Origin: Camelus dromedarius
Taxonomy: Eukaryota
Assembly (NCBI RefSeq): GCF_036321535.1
Contig: NC_087436.1
Coordinates: 21,330,001-21,394,000 of the forward strand
DNA: 64,000 nucleotides
Direction of reading: 5' to 3'
Position 1 is the stretch's first letter. Every line of letters starts with the position of its first letter. Shown here in pieces: positions 50,573 to 64,000 of the stretch. The notes beneath the pieces are model-generated. The model was not told where the DNA came from. It was given only the letters and a program-made list of their open reading frames with translations, and ran no database searches. Both the position numbers and the translations under genes were made by a program.

Positions 50573-52618
50573 CACTTAATACTAGAAGCTCCCTGATGGC
50601 GACGATTATGTCTAACCATCCCATCTAATTATGTCTAATCTGCATAACATCCCTCCTGTTCGTGCCTAATACCCCATTACACACTCAGAAATTCTGGTTA
50701 GTGTTCCCTGACATGAACTTGAAGTAATAAAGTTCCTTTCTATTTTTTACAGTGTTCTTTTAAAAAGTCCAAGGTGTTTATTGGCTCAAAAAAGCAAGTC
50801 TCCTTTTTAAGTAAGTTCTGCAATGTATCATACATTCCCTTGATGTAGGAAAAAAAAAAAAAAAAAAGAATTACTTTCTCTCTAGCTCCAGAATTGCCCT
50901 GAACCAAATTTATACTCAGGCAAAATTGGAAATGGAATTGCTGCTGCTGAGAATTTCCCACTAGCTGTCTACCTTCTGCTTCACGTGGACTTTGAAGACC
51001 CTCCTTTTTACTTACGTCTCCCAGGGCTATGGATAAAATGTTGCTGCAGGCACGCACTGACTGGCACAGTTTCGGGGGCGCCATTCACACATATTACCAG
51101 GTGGACTTGAGACCTTGCTCAATACTGGTAATGACCACCAATGTTGAGTCTAAACGGTGCTAAGGAGGTGTACTATCTTCACAGCCCCTATGTGATCTCC
51201 ATTAGTCACTGGAGGAAAGACAGACCAGGAAAGCTGAAAGCCATAAAACTCGTGAATCGCAGTCACAGTTTGAAGCCAGACTTCCCTGACTTCAAGACCC
51301 CACACTGAACTGCTACACTTGTCCTCTTCCTTTGTACTTGCGAATTTGCTGAAGAAAATCAGGCTAAAGAATTGGATGGGGAAGAGATCTACTATCCTTC
51401 CTCCCATCCTCGGGAAGGATTCCCAGGAGATGTGTCTGCAGAGCTTCCAGGCATTGACACTTCCTTGCACACCTGCCAGTGTGACTGGAGAAGAGTTGAA
51501 GGTACATTGTTGAGGATCATATAGGGTGGCCCCCGGAGAAACTGCAAAGCAGGTAGACATTGTCTTGGGTCCCCTCAGCTTCTGTTTCATCCTCTGTCAC
51601 TTGGCACCACTTGTTTTATAGGCGAAAGTGCAATGATGTGGGGAGTTTGGGCATCTTCTCACTCACCTACAGGAAAGGGGCAGAGTCTCCTCTACAGGCC
51701 TTTGTTGCAGGGGGCACATGGGAAGAGGGACTCACAGAGAAAAATACTGAGACTGGGCTATTCAGAACCTGACACAGGCGTGTGCTGGGGGTGGGATGGG
51801 CTTGGGGGTAAGCAGGCTAGGGAAAAAGAAACCCATTTCTCCTTTCTCAGGTCTGATTGGTCTAGGAAGTGCCCCTGGGCATAGCCGCTTGGAGGAGGAT
51901 TCATCATCGAGTCTGAGAGCACTAGCCCTGGCCCCCAGGTCTCCCAGCTCTGCCCTCTGAGCCTCTAGTTGGCTTGTTCCTGGGAAACTAACAAAATCCG
52001 GAGTGGTCAGCCGAGGAGGAAGCAATAGGTACTATTCAGTTTCCAACTTCGGAGCTAGAGTTGAGATAATGGAAGTAGATTACCCCGGTGTTGATGCCTT
52101 AAGAAGGGGGACTGAAAGTGAGTTACCTGGCTGCAGACAAGGTTGGCAGAGCGCACAGGATTGGGGCGGGGAGGGAAGGAAGAGAAGGGAGGCTGTGCTG
52201 GACACACTACACAGAAATGACCAGAGCAGATGCAGGGGAGCCAAGGGCAAGCCTCTCCTTAACCTCACACCACCCCTGGAGAGGGGCCAAAGTCTTAAGG
52301 AAACTGTGCACACGGCTGCGAATTGACTTCTCCTCCTTGTCCGCAGTTCAGGTCCTTCCGGAGCACCAGCCCTTGAGGACAGAAAGCCTGGCCCCGGCCC
52401 CCGGTGGGCAGTGGTGGTGTGGGAAGAGAAGCCTTGGCAGCGGACTTGTGTGAGGCTGCTCCGTGGGGGAGTCCACCCTTGCTGGAATGGGAACTACTGA
52501 GTTATTAGTAAACATAAAATGTCCCAAGGGTAATCAGGCACTGTGAAAGTACTTAACAGGGAGAATCTTTCCTGAGCTACCTAAAATGACGTTTCGATTG
52601 GGGTTAAAAAATTAGGTT

Positions 52619-53055
52619 GTTTTGCAGCAACATGGATAGACCTGGAGATCGTCATACTAAGTGAAGTAAGCCGGCAAGAGAAAGATATCACTTATCTATG
52701 GAATCTAAAAACCCAGCACAAATGTACTTATTTACAAAACAGAAACAGACTCACAGACAAAGAGAGCAAATTTATAGTTACCAGGGGGGAAAAGGGGTGG
52801 GAAGGGATAAATTGAGAGTTCGAGATTTGCAGATACTAACTACTATATATAAAATAAATAAACAAGTTTCTGTGGTGTAGTACAGGGAACTATATTCATA
52901 TCTTGTGTATGAATGATAAAGAATATAAAAAGGGATATATGTATGTCCATGTACGACTGAAACATTATGCTGTGCACCAGAAATTGATACAACATTATCA
53001 ACTGATTGTATTTCAATTTAAAAAAATAAAGTTAATTATAGCAACGAAAAAAAAA
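52619..53055 (+). mobile_element. Young L1 3' end
   Basis: tttgcagcaacatggatagacctggag...gggataaattg...cagggaactatattc...gctgtgcaccagaaattga; A-rich tail. Confidence 0.92.
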
Positions 53056-54149
53056 GAATGAGATAATATAAGGAACTTAGTGCCTGGAAAAGAGTAACTA
53101 TTCAGTGTGACTGTTATCGTTGTTGCTTTTATTTAGAATTCACGTTTGTCACATCATGAATATGGTATTCTATATGCATATTGTGGATTTTTTAAAGAAG
53201 TACATGTAGATATATGACTATAACATTGATATTAATAATAGCTTGGTGAAATTATATAGATAACAGGATGAGGTAACTATAATCCTCACATATATTTCAT
53301 AAACTGTATTCCTCAAGTAGTGTAAATTTGGGAAGCTAGTTTTTTCTATTATATTTGTATCATATTGGAGTAATGTTAAAAAAAAAAAAAGCCAACCATT
53401 TTCCACAATGCTAGAGATTTCAATATTTTTTTACAGTCCTGTATAATAGTAACTAATTGTGAATTATTTTTAAATCTTCAAGGACATTCTAACAAAAATG
53501 AAATTATGTTAATCTTATGTTTAGTGTTCATTAAATCTTGCTGAATGTTGTATCTTTGAGTACGGTAATTTTCCTATGCCATATATGTAATTATGTTTTA
53601 ACCTGATAAGTCAAATAAACAGAATGGCCTATTTTTCAGTATTCTATAAAAAAAAAAATTAGGCTGATCTATACCATTGCCTAGAGGAGACCACAAAGCC
53701 ACAGGATGCTAGAATCTGTTGTTAGAGGTCCCCAGATGTCAAAAAGTCACAAATGAATTATATTTTTGAACTGGATATAAAGCTTCAATGTAGAGACTGA
53801 CCTGCAAGGCTGCCGAGCGAGTTCATGTGGGAGAGAACAAACAGTCCCGGTTATCCAAACCCTAGTCTCCTGTTACTTCCTGTTCTGCATAGTGAGCACC
53901 AGCCTGTGCCCACCCTGGTCCCTCTAGACCAGTATTCTCACCTCTGTTCAGGATCACAACTAACTGAAGGGAAAATGCAAGAATAATAACCTGAATTTCA
54001 TATTCAGAGCAAGACAGGGCAAGAGTCCTGGGAGATGGGAAGAGTTTAAAAAAGATCTTTCTTTCCTTTTTCCAAGGGAGAAAGCAGGGACTGTTCTAGG
54101 ATTATGTCTCTTCTTTCCCCTCCATAGTTTCCTCCTCACTTCCATTAAA

Positions 54150-54560
54150 TAACATATCTATTGGTTATCTTCTGTGCTCAAGACATTGTGCCAAGCATCA
54201 CCACAAGTGCAAGGATGGGGAAGCCACGGTTCCCTTCCTGGTGGGTGTTCTAGTAGGGGGGAAATGACAAGTACTAAACACAAATAACTATAATAGAAGG
54301 CTTATTTGGTAAATCCAAAGATACTGCTTAAGAAATGTGCCCTCCTGGAGAAGGATCAGGAAAGGCACCTTGAAGAAAGTTACATTTGAGATGGGACTTG
54401 AGAAATGAATAACACTTAATTAGCAGGAGGAAAATTGAGGGTTGGGTGAGTGTGTGCCTGGAGGAGGAAATAGCTTGGGCAAAGGCCCAAGGACACAGGG
54501 CCTGGTAATGACTGAGAGACAGGTAGGAGGCTGGGGGTACTGAAGTGTATGGTGTGTGAA
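54150..54560 (-). mobile_element. L2 fragment
   Basis: gatcaggaaaggc...gaaagttacatttgagatgggacttg...gcaaaggcccaagg. Confidence 0.6.
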
Positions 54561-54928
54561 AAGGCTCCGAGGTGATAGTCTGCAATACTCTGCTCTTCTG
54601 ACATTTCTAACATCGCTCATCCCTAGAACAGGTGCCTTCAGAGCCAGTGACTGGTCAGAATGTAGATTAGGTGATGAAGAGCAGAAGGCAGAGTTTTCTA
54701 CCTGTGTTTCCTAGGTTCTACCTGCATATACCTATGTTTCCTGTGCCCACTATTCACATTTTTCCCTCTTTTCATTTCCAACTATTACAGGAAGCAAGCT
54801 TGACCTTCCACATCAGGAAAGGAGTCTCTGTCCCATCTGCTCTGGAACATACAGCATTGAATTTTTGAGTGCACAGATGATTATTTCTTAATAATAAGAA
54901 AAAGAAAACTTTATGTAACTTTTGCCTC

Positions 54929-55740
54929 AAAAGTGAAGTATCATCTCATACTGATCAAAATGGCCATCATTAAAAAGTCTACAAATGATAAATGCTGGAG
55001 AGGGTGTGGAGAAAAGGAAACTCCTACACTGTTGGTGGGAATGTAGTTTGGTGCAGTCACTATGGAGAACAGTATGGAGATGCCTTAAAAAACTAAAAAT
55101 AGAGTTACCATATGATCCAGCAATCCCAGTCCTGGGCATATATCCAGAGAAAACGCTAATTTGAAAAGATACATGCACCCCAATGTTCACAGCAGCACTA
55201 TTTACAATAACCAAGACATGGAAGTGACCTAAATGTCCATCAACAGATGATTGGATAAAGAAGTTGTGATATACACACACACACAATGGAATACTGCTCA
55301 GCCATAAAAAAGAATAAAATAATGCCATTTGCAGTAACACAGATAGACCTGGAGATCGTCATACTAAGTGAAGTAAGCCAGAAAGAGAAAGACAACTACC
55401 ATACAATATCACTTATATGTAGAATCTAAACAAAATGACACAAATGAACTTATTTACAAACAGACTCACAGACATAGAAAACAAATATGATTATCGGGGG
55501 GAAGGGGAGAGGGAAGGGATAGATTGGGAGTTTGAAATTTGCAGATACTAACTACTGTATATAAAATAGATAAACAACAAATTTCTGCTGTATCATAGAG
55601 GGAACTATATTCAACAACTTATAATAACCTATAATGAAAAAGAATAGGAAAAGGAAAATGTATATGTGTATAACTGAATCACTATGCTGTACACCAGAAA
55701 TTCACGCAACATTATAAAACTATACTTCAAATAAAAAGAT
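54929..55740 (+). mobile_element. Young 5'-truncated L1 (ORF2 Cys-rich C-terminus and 3' UTR)
   Basis: aaatgctggagagggtgtggagaaaagg (KCWRGCGEK), colinear with the copy at 39718; ends tatacttcaaataaaaa. Confidence 0.95.
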
Positions 55741-56849
55741 AAATGTCAAGTTTAACATTTCAGTTTCTCAGAGTTGCTGTGGCTCTGGCTGTTGTGTGCT
55801 CCAATGCTAAACAAGACAGGACTTTCCAGCTATTCAACAATCCTAAGCAAGTAGCATGTCTGAACAAAGAGTATTTTGACTACTTTGCATAAAATTTTTT
55901 TTAAAGTTTTGTGACATATATTAGTTAATGAAATATTTGGGGAGGAAACTACATCATTCAGTTCTTCTGGAATTTGGGGAAATCTCACAGCTGCCTTTGA
56001 CTCCAGTGGGTTTTCTTGGCATCATTCCACTCCCCGGTAGAAGATTATTCATGGAAAGATTACATCTCTTTATTTGGGAGAAACCACAGACGTGGGAAGG
56101 CTCACCAAGTCAAAACCTGGTCATGTCAGACCAGATATGAACGACTTTCATGTGGGGGATGCCTGTGTAAGCAGTCCCTTCACTGCTTGGGGGATGAAAG
56201 ATCGAGTCAGGAAGGAATACATCTAGAAAAACCCTCCCAGCTCATAAAACTCCCCATGCAGCATTAGAATTCATTGAAAGCTCTAAAACACAGATTTCTC
56301 TTTGAAGAGATGAACCCATTTGTCATTTGCGTGGTGCAAATTACTCAGACAACATTTTACTCTCATTTCACAAGTTGAGCCCATGTATATGGAAGCAGTG
56401 GAATTATTGATAAGAGGTAGGTGGTGGGAAGGGAAATGTTTATTCATTTTTAAGCAAGAGACATTTGCCTCTCTTACTAGATTTTTTTTTCTTGTAGGGG
56501 AGACACTATTACAATTACATGGTCTTTATAACACTGAATGAGAGACCACATCAGGGTTCTGGAAAACTCCAGAAGCTGGAAGGGAGCTCTGATAGAGGGG
56601 ATAATGCAGGCTCTGGGTGGTAGGAGGGGAGCCAGGAGATGGGAAGGTTGTAAACCCAGAAGTACCTACTGCAAGTGTTGCCCAAGGACCTGGTGGTAGG
56701 AATCACTCCTTGACATTGATGAAAACCTGCCAACTGCTTGTTCCCCACTCACTGTCTGAATGGCTTAAAAATAAATTTTGTAGACCTGTTGTGAATTTTT
56801 CCCCTTCCTGTAGATAATGAGAGGGATCTGGTAGACTAGATGGTGACTT

Positions 56850-57060
56850 TGGAGTGACCCAGCTCTGGCCCTTATCTGAGATCTGTCACTAATGTGCTGT
56901 GTGATGCTGAGCACATTACTGAACCTCCCTGAACACCCTTTGTCCCCCCGTGTGTAATAGAAGAGGCTCATCCCTGTCTTGCAGGGTTAATGTGAGAACT
57001 AAACAAAATAACATATGTTAAAAAAAATCTCAGCAGGATACTTTCAGTAAATACTGTATT
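56850..57060 (+). mobile_element. MIR
   Basis: tgctgtgtgatgctgagcacattactgaacctccctga...cagggttaatgtgagaactaaa. Confidence 0.6.
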
Positions 57061-58363
57061 TCTTTTCCATAATCCTTCATTCCAGTGTAGAGTTCTGGAA
57101 GGACAGTCTCAGGGTGAAGAACTGGCAGGGCACTGGGGTTATTCTTGATGCGGTTCCTCCAGGGCTCAGCACAGCTCACACCCCCAGGGCGCTGAGGCTG
57201 ACTCACTCTCTTGGGGGACCTGGGAGCAGAAGGCAAAATGGACTTCGGTTCAGTGCCAACTAGAGCAGAGCCTTTCCAGAGCTCTCCCAAGCCCAAGGCG
57301 TTTCCCTGGAACTGGACCAGCCATGAATGCAAGGGGCCTGGCTTCACTGCATTTGGCTTGCTTTGGAGTTTCCAAAGAACCCTGCCAGTGTCCTGCCAGA
57401 CATGAGATGCTGCGCCCTTTTTCCTCAAAGATGTTTGTGTTAATTAATCAAGGCATTTTGGAGCAGGAATTCTTCATGTAAGAGATATTTCCCACAAGCA
57501 TTCCAGCCTGTAACACATCTTCCATGCTAAAAATACTTCCTATGTTCTAACCCCTTAAACTTTATAAATTACTGTTCAAGCTGGAAACAGTAATGATTTG
57601 TCCATGTTCCTTAATTGAGTGTCATTTGAGGTGAAAAAAAAATCAATAGTTACCCCAGCAGCCATCAAATGTTATAGAGTTGACTCCAGCCTCTCTGATC
57701 TGCATGGTTAAAAACACTTTCAGAAACCATTAGTCTAAAGAGAAAAAAGAACCGGGAGTTCCCATGTGTTGATGGTGTCGATTTGTTTTTGTGCATGTTT
57801 CTCTGGGATAGTCAAGTAAGATTTCTGGAAGGATATTTTTAGTAGGTGTATCGGTTCCTTTATTTTGTGATAAATGTCTTTGCAAAATGTAGTTTGTTTG
57901 ACACAGCATGAGACTGTCAACCTTGATGGTGACACATCTAAGCTGAATCCAGCTCCCCCACAAAAAGGAAGATCAATAATTGGGTCATGATGCTAAGGAG
58001 TGGAATTTCTAGGGGAGGGGCAAGGAGGTTAACACTTTTTTCCTACTGCGTGGAGTTAAGTACCCTTTGGGAGGGCTGGGGAATTTAATTTGCCCTTCAG
58101 ATGGTCCTATCAATGTTCTTTTTCTTTTTTCTTTTTTCCTGATGTCTGGTTCAAAGAGGTGGGACTGGGTAGCCTGTCAATCAGAAGGGCCCGTTGCATC
58201 TTCGGAGGTTCTAGAAGGAACTGAGTAGGGCTCTCGGGGAGGGAGGCACTGGCCAGCTGCTCTCGACCTGATGCAGAAGCACTCTTTCCTTGAATTTGTC
58301 TTATCTCCTCCTGCTTCTGGAGACGTAGACCCCCGGGGACAAGGTCTGAGTGTGGGTCTGGAA

Positions 58364-58547
58364 AAGCGATTCTCAGAATGTGGTCCCCAGCCAGACCAGC
58401 TGCATCGGCATCACCAGAGAACATGAAAGAAATGCAGATTCTCAGCCCCCAGCCCAGATCTGCTGACTCCAAACCTCCGTGCTTAGAGCCTGCGCTTTAA
58501 CAAGCCCTCACGGTTCTGCTGGTGCAGATTCAAATTGGGAACCGCTG
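58364..58547. mobile_element. MER5A hAT-Charlie MITE
   Basis: ttctcagaatgtggtccc...gcatcggcatcacc...agaaatgcagattctcag...tttaacaagccctc...gaaccgctg. Confidence 0.85.
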
Positions 58548-60199
58548 GCCTCAGAAAGCCTATTTCTAGGCTAAGTCTTAATTAAGCTAGTGAGGCTGTG
58601 CCTGCCCAGCTCAGTGGAGGAGGAGCGACCTGTAGTCGGAACCTCGGCAGGTAACAGAGTATGTGGACGTGGAATGACTGTCCTTTTGGACATTCACCAT
58701 AGGTAGCCAAAAAGGTGGAAGGCTGGATCATTGAGCCAAAAGTTTTGACTGTTTTCAATCATGCGCTCAAAGAGAAGGAGTGTTTCCCCTTCATTTCGCT
58801 CGGCTGTTTGTTTTCTCGGGAGGGGAGGGCCTTACCAAAGGTGAGTGAGTTTGAAGAACCTCAGTCCTGGCACTTACCACCTGGATGGGCCGGGGCACGT
58901 TGCTTAACCTCTGAGGCTAATTTTCATCATCTATAAAAATAGATTAATACCTAGTTTTTGGCGCTGGTGTAAGATTAGAGATTCCAGGTAACCCTAATGA
59001 TCTGCCTTATGGGAGGAGGGTGATAGGTCATCCAAAAAGAATGAGTTTCTCTTTGGCTTTGGAGATTTCTTTTTTCCTAAAGATTTATCTTCCTCATTCT
59101 TTGCTTGGGCCGGGATGAAGTTTCCCTTCCATGGTGCGAATCATTCCCTTGGATGGTAGAAACTCACTTTTGTGGCTGGAGTTTGCCAGAGTCGTGCAAG
59201 CCTTTTACAGATAACTGAGTTGGCTGCCAAATATTGGTCAGTTCAAAGGTCGTGGGCCGTGGGAAAATACTATTAAATGTCAGTGCTGGTGTGTGTGCCA
59301 GCTGGTGTCCCCCCCCCGTGTGCCTGATGGAAGGTGAGCAGAGTGACGTGCAGGTGACTGGGAAGTGAATCTGTACTCAGGGAACAAGGTAGGCCCTGGG
59401 AAAGGGGGACGGAGACGAGAGGACACCCCTCAAGTTGAAGGTGGCCGGCTCCCATAAAGCAACACAAATGACTACCCAGAGACACCTTGGGGAAGACACT
59501 AGGGTCATCACACCTCAGTTTTCTCATCTGCAAAACAGTGATAGAGCCCAGGCCCCACATCTCCTGTCCTAAGGATTAAATGAGGTGGCCCCTCGCAGCC
59601 AGCCCATAGGAGAGTACTTTACAAGGGAGTCTCCCTGAATCCCATTGGCCCTCGTGTGTTTCACAATGCTGTGTCTCCCTGTTCTCCCCCAGAAAAGGAC
59701 CCTTTTCAATCTGTAAAGCATAAGAATAGATGATTTTGACCTGGTGTGTCATACTGTGAGCTGCCAAATAGAAACTGCCTATATGTCTTGAGGAGAACAG
59801 TTGTTTCTCATCTTCATATTCCAGAACACAGTGATATCCTGGCCCCCTCTTTCTCTCTGAGTGAGAGGGGTGTGCTGGGTTTGAGTTCAAACGTGAACAC
59901 AGAAAAGCTCCTGAGGCTTCCAGGCCCTCATTCTGCTCAAGTGTTGAAACAAAGAGGAGGACCAGACCTCTGCGAGCATCCTCACACCTGTTTCTTGTCT
60001 CACGTTCTTAAGAGTCCTGTTGAGAGTAACTTGTATTTGTTCTTTTTTTTTCCCCTTGAAATATCGTAAATCAGGATTTTTTTTTGATGGTTATTTTATC
60101 AGTCCCTGTATTTCGAGTGCCGTATGAACTTGTTTATTCATATTTTTTGTTCTTTCATGCAAAATAGCGGCTATGGTAAAATGGCAACATGGCGACGTG

Positions 60200-60420
60200 G
60201 AAATTACACATGCTCTCAAGTTCCGTAGGCCTAGGTTCAGTCGACTCAACAGTCTGTTGAATGCCAGCTGTGTGACTTCAGACAAATCACTTAACCTCTC
60301 TGGCCTTCCATTTTCTTATCTGTAAAATGGAGATAATGAATGATGCCTATTTCATAGGATTACCATGTAGGTTAAAGATAATATATTAAGGGACTTTGCA
60401 CAAGGTAAGCTATAAACCAC
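60200..60420 (+). mobile_element. MIR
   Basis: gctgtgtgacttcagacaaatcacttaacctctctggccttccattttcttatctgtaaaatggagataat core. Confidence 0.8.
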
Positions 60421-60489
60421 GTTTAGCTGTGATTAAATCCCAGCACTAGAGATTCTCACGTTTGTCTGAAAATTTAACAAAAGTTATGC

Positions 60490-60680
60490 TCTTCAGAATT
60501 ACCCTTGGAGGCAATATTGTTCTCTTTTTGTAGACCAGGCAGAGAGGCTCAGAGAGGTGAAGAGAGAGGCTCAGAGAGGTAAAGGAACATGCTCAGAGGT
60601 ATGTGTCTAGAGAATGAAAATACAAGGTTTCAGCCCAGATTTTTTTGACCCTAAATTTAGGGTTCCTTTTACTCCATACC
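60490..60680 (-). mobile_element. MIR with an internal 22-bp tandem duplication
   Basis: agagaggctcagagaggt occurs at 60541 and 60563. Confidence 0.6.
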
Positions 60681-61912
60681 AGTTACACTTTCGTGATGAA
60701 AACTTAATTCTTTGTGGTATAATGAGACCAAAAATTGTGAATGCCAAAAACAGACACTTTGCCTATTCCTTTTTAAAGCACTGATTACCTTCTGCCTCAC
60801 AGGATAATTACTTATGCATATGCAATAGTTTATCTGTTAGCTTATGCAAAAAAAAAAAAAAAAATCAAAGCAGAGCCTGACTCTGGGTGTTCTTATGTTC
60901 TCCAGATTATCAACACAGGGTCTTAGAGCCCGTGGGTCCTCAACATATGTTCAGTGAATGACACAGAGCTGAATGGTGGAGGTTTATACCTAGCTTTGTG
61001 TAATAGTTACACCAGCATGCCATCCCACTTCATTTTTGTGTCTTGCAGAGTTTGTTTTTAAAATAATTTCCTACACCTGTCTCTATTCCCAAACTGCTTG
61101 AGGTGGTTTGTTGCTCAGATTAATTGGTACCTGACTTTGCTGACTCATTTTGGGAGATCAACAAGTTCACACACCAGTGTGAACAAAGAAGAAGGTGGGG
61201 ACCAGTCTTTTAGGATTTATTGAGAGACAGGCACTGACATATCGAAAAATTGATACGCAAATGAAAGGCGCTGTTTAAATCAATGAACAAAAGTCCACGT
61301 TGCAATCATTTCCAAACAGTGCTCTGACAAAAATTAATGTGGTTCAGCGACTTACCAGGTAACAGAATGGGAAAGTCTCTGGTCTGCTCGGTTCAGTCAT
61401 CCTGTGTGCTCCACATCCCACCCCATCCTGCCCATGAGCAGCTCTGCTCTTAGTAAAGGCTTTGAGCTAGAAAAGATTCTGCATTGACAGTTACAGGGTT
61501 GCTTCTGGTCCATTGCCTGCTCTACAGACTTGCTCCCTTTGAGACCGAAGTTAGTCTCAGAACTTACTTAGTGACACCAGCTCCACCTCCACCTCCACCC
61601 CAGGAGAGTAACACCAATCAGATGTATTCAACCCAACCAAGGATGCAATGCAGCACAAGGGGACATTTATACTGACAACTCAGTACTAGTGGATGTGTTT
61701 TCAGAACTAACCAACCCAAGGAATAAATTAGGGGCTCTGGGGAATAAAGTAGGGGCTTGCATTTCCATGGAGGAGGGTGCACTGGCGGTAAGCGTCAAAT
61801 GCTTGGGACTCAGGAGTCATCGTTTTCTTTTCCAGTTCAGCAACTCCTTTTTGGCTACATGCTATTATTTAAGTTTATTGACAGTTCTGTTCTTTGGTTT
61901 ATTCATTTAGAA

Positions 61913-62114
61913 CTGTGGTTCTCAACTGGGTATCATTTTGCCCACCAAAGGACACATGGCACTGACCGGAGACATTTTTGGTTGTCACAACCAGGAGAAA
62001 GGATGGTGGTACTACTGGCGTCTAATGGGGAGAGGTCAGGGACACTGCTAAACATCCTCCACAACAGAGTTATCCAGTTCAAAATGCCAGTCGTGCCAAG
62101 GATGAGAAACCCTG
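61913..62114. mobile_element. MER20 hAT MITE with 8-bp TSD
   Basis: ctgtggttctcaac...gagacatttttggttgtcacaac...gagaaaccctg; TSD atttaga(a/g) at 61905-61912 and 62115-62122. Confidence 0.88.
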
Positions 62115-64000
62115 ATTTAGAGAAACTACCCCCTCAAATGGAAAGTTAGGCAGTTTTACTTTTGTAGAACACTTTGAGATCTTTGGATACAAAGTTGCTG
62201 TGTAAGTTTTAAAAAGTCTTGTTGTTACAAGTCCCTGGGCCTCAGTGAAGCTTGCTGACAGGGTCTGACTCAGCTCCTTCCCACATTTTAAAGGGTTATC
62301 TTTGCTCTCATTGGGATTTGTCTTTTTTTTTTTTTTAAAAGCTTGTTTTCCTTCCGAAAGCACTTTAAATTTTAAAGGGTTGATCCTGAACCACTTGGTT
62401 ATCTAAGTCATTTCTGGCAGAGTTAGAAAGAGTCTTAAAGAGAACTCTTGCAACTGGTCTTGGTTCTAGACTAAAGGAGACATTTTCCAGAGGTCAAACA
62501 ACAGGTGAGCCTTTAACAACGGTCCCCTTACTGGCTGACCCGGCAGCGTACCCCTGAGTGAAAGAGAGTTAGGTTAGTAAGAGCAAACTGAGTCTAAATT
62601 TCATTGGCTCTTCTCTTTCTTTTGCTCCTGGAAAATTCTCTTCAGTGGTCCATTAGGATTCACACAGAGAATGACAAAGAGCGGAAAAAACAATTTCCAA
62701 AGTAGACAGTCACAAGAATCAGATTTATTTTTTCTGGAACCATCCAGGAAAAAAAGAAAGCAACCATACAGACAAGACAGTTTTAAACCCAGCCTGCTTC
62801 TGATTGAAGTCATTTCCTTTCTGCTAGGCTTTCAGAATTCGACTTCATCGTATCAAGTCTGTCTGAAAACCAGATTGGCGCATGAGGTATATTTGGCACT
62901 CCTTGGACTTTGGCAGACTCAAGAAGATTTCAAATGTGTCAGAAATCTGGGAGGCCTGGGGAATGGAGAAATGGAGTTTATTTTCATGGAAAGTTGGTGG
63001 TGTACTTAGGTTGCTGAGAATATTTTCCCTATGAAAAGATGATTTAACTAAGGCTGAAGATGAGGGGAAAAAACTTAAACCACTGAAGATCAGGCTAAGA
63101 AATTGAATTTCTACCTAAGAAAATTTACTTTGGCATGGAAATATCTATTCCATTTTCCAAGGAAGAGCATCCTACCGGCCCTGTTAATATTATTTCATTA
63201 TTGTTCAATGAATTTCTTTAGTGGGTTACAAGAGTCATAGAAAAAATATTGCAGCTGGAGGGTACCACTGAAAAGCACTGAAGGGAGGTCCAAGGAGGCT
63301 GTTCTGAGAGTCAGGATGACAGCGAGAGAAGCAGGCTACCCCCGGTTGCTGTGAACTACAGCATTGCTCCCAGCCTTACCTTTGATGGCCCTTTGATAGA
63401 CATTTCTCTAGTTTTCTTCCTTCCAGTGTTTGAAGGAGGTAATGGGAATGTACACGGATCCTGGTGATGACACTAGCATTATGAGTACTGCTTGAGGGCT
63501 GGACCTCAAATGCTGAGAACTGACTGTTGGATTCCCAGAACATTTTGCACAATGATGTCTGGGATGCCAAGTCAGCAGAGTGACTGTCAGAGGAAACGTA
63601 GACAGCAGAAATCTGTTGGAAGAAGACGTTAAAAACTAGATATTTACACAGAGAATTTTGCAATAGCATCTTTGCCATGTTTGCCTTGTGGTGTGGTGGT
63701 GTTTACCTTGCCATAACTTTGTTATTCTTTATCTGTATTATTCTATAGCTTGAAAAAGTATTCTCTTGCTCCTTCTTAAAGGTAATCTCTCTTTGGTGTT
63801 GTATGATTCCTATAATCAGTTATGGGTTTGGGATTGGCAAAAATCCATGATTTATTAAGAAATCAGCAGTCACATCTATGTGCTTGTGTAGGTTTGTCCT
63901 CTTCCACATAGACTGAAATTAAAGAAGGAAGTAACTTGATCTGATTGGCAGAACATTAAGGTAGGAATGAGATTTCCCTTACAAGCTGGAGGTACAGACA

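Noticed and set aside
1..64000. CRISPR arrays, operons, rRNA, NUMT or processed pseudogenes
   Set aside because: No spaced direct-repeat array, rRNA, mitochondrial-like sequence or recognisable retrocopy seen; the recurring ~200-bp similarities are dispersed L1 tails.

Overview
Mammalian genomic DNA, most likely a camelid: it carries tRNA-Ala-derived Vic-1-like SINEs and cetartiodactyl-type L1 3' ends, and I recognised no ruminant or pig SINEs. The only supportable protein-coding feature is coding exon 1 of GAB1 on the minus strand (22257-22328, [24 protein letters not shown], followed by a GTAAGT donor), inside a CpG island at about 21.8-23.9 kb. Positions 1-22256 are proximal intron 1; about 24-64 kb is upstream intergenic DNA rich in L1, L2, MIR, MLT1 LTRs and hAT/Tigger MITEs. 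The most unusual items are retrotransposition structures: a TSD-flanked ~350 bp element fusing an L1 5' end directly to an L1 3' UTR (41662-42012), three independent L1 insertions within ~0.9 kb including a 5'-inverted copy with a perfect 42-bp palindrome, and a non-L1 exon-like fragment inside a nested old L1. I found no convincing novel multi-gene system. Repeat family names come from recalled consensus sequences, not from a search, and old-repeat boundaries are approximate.
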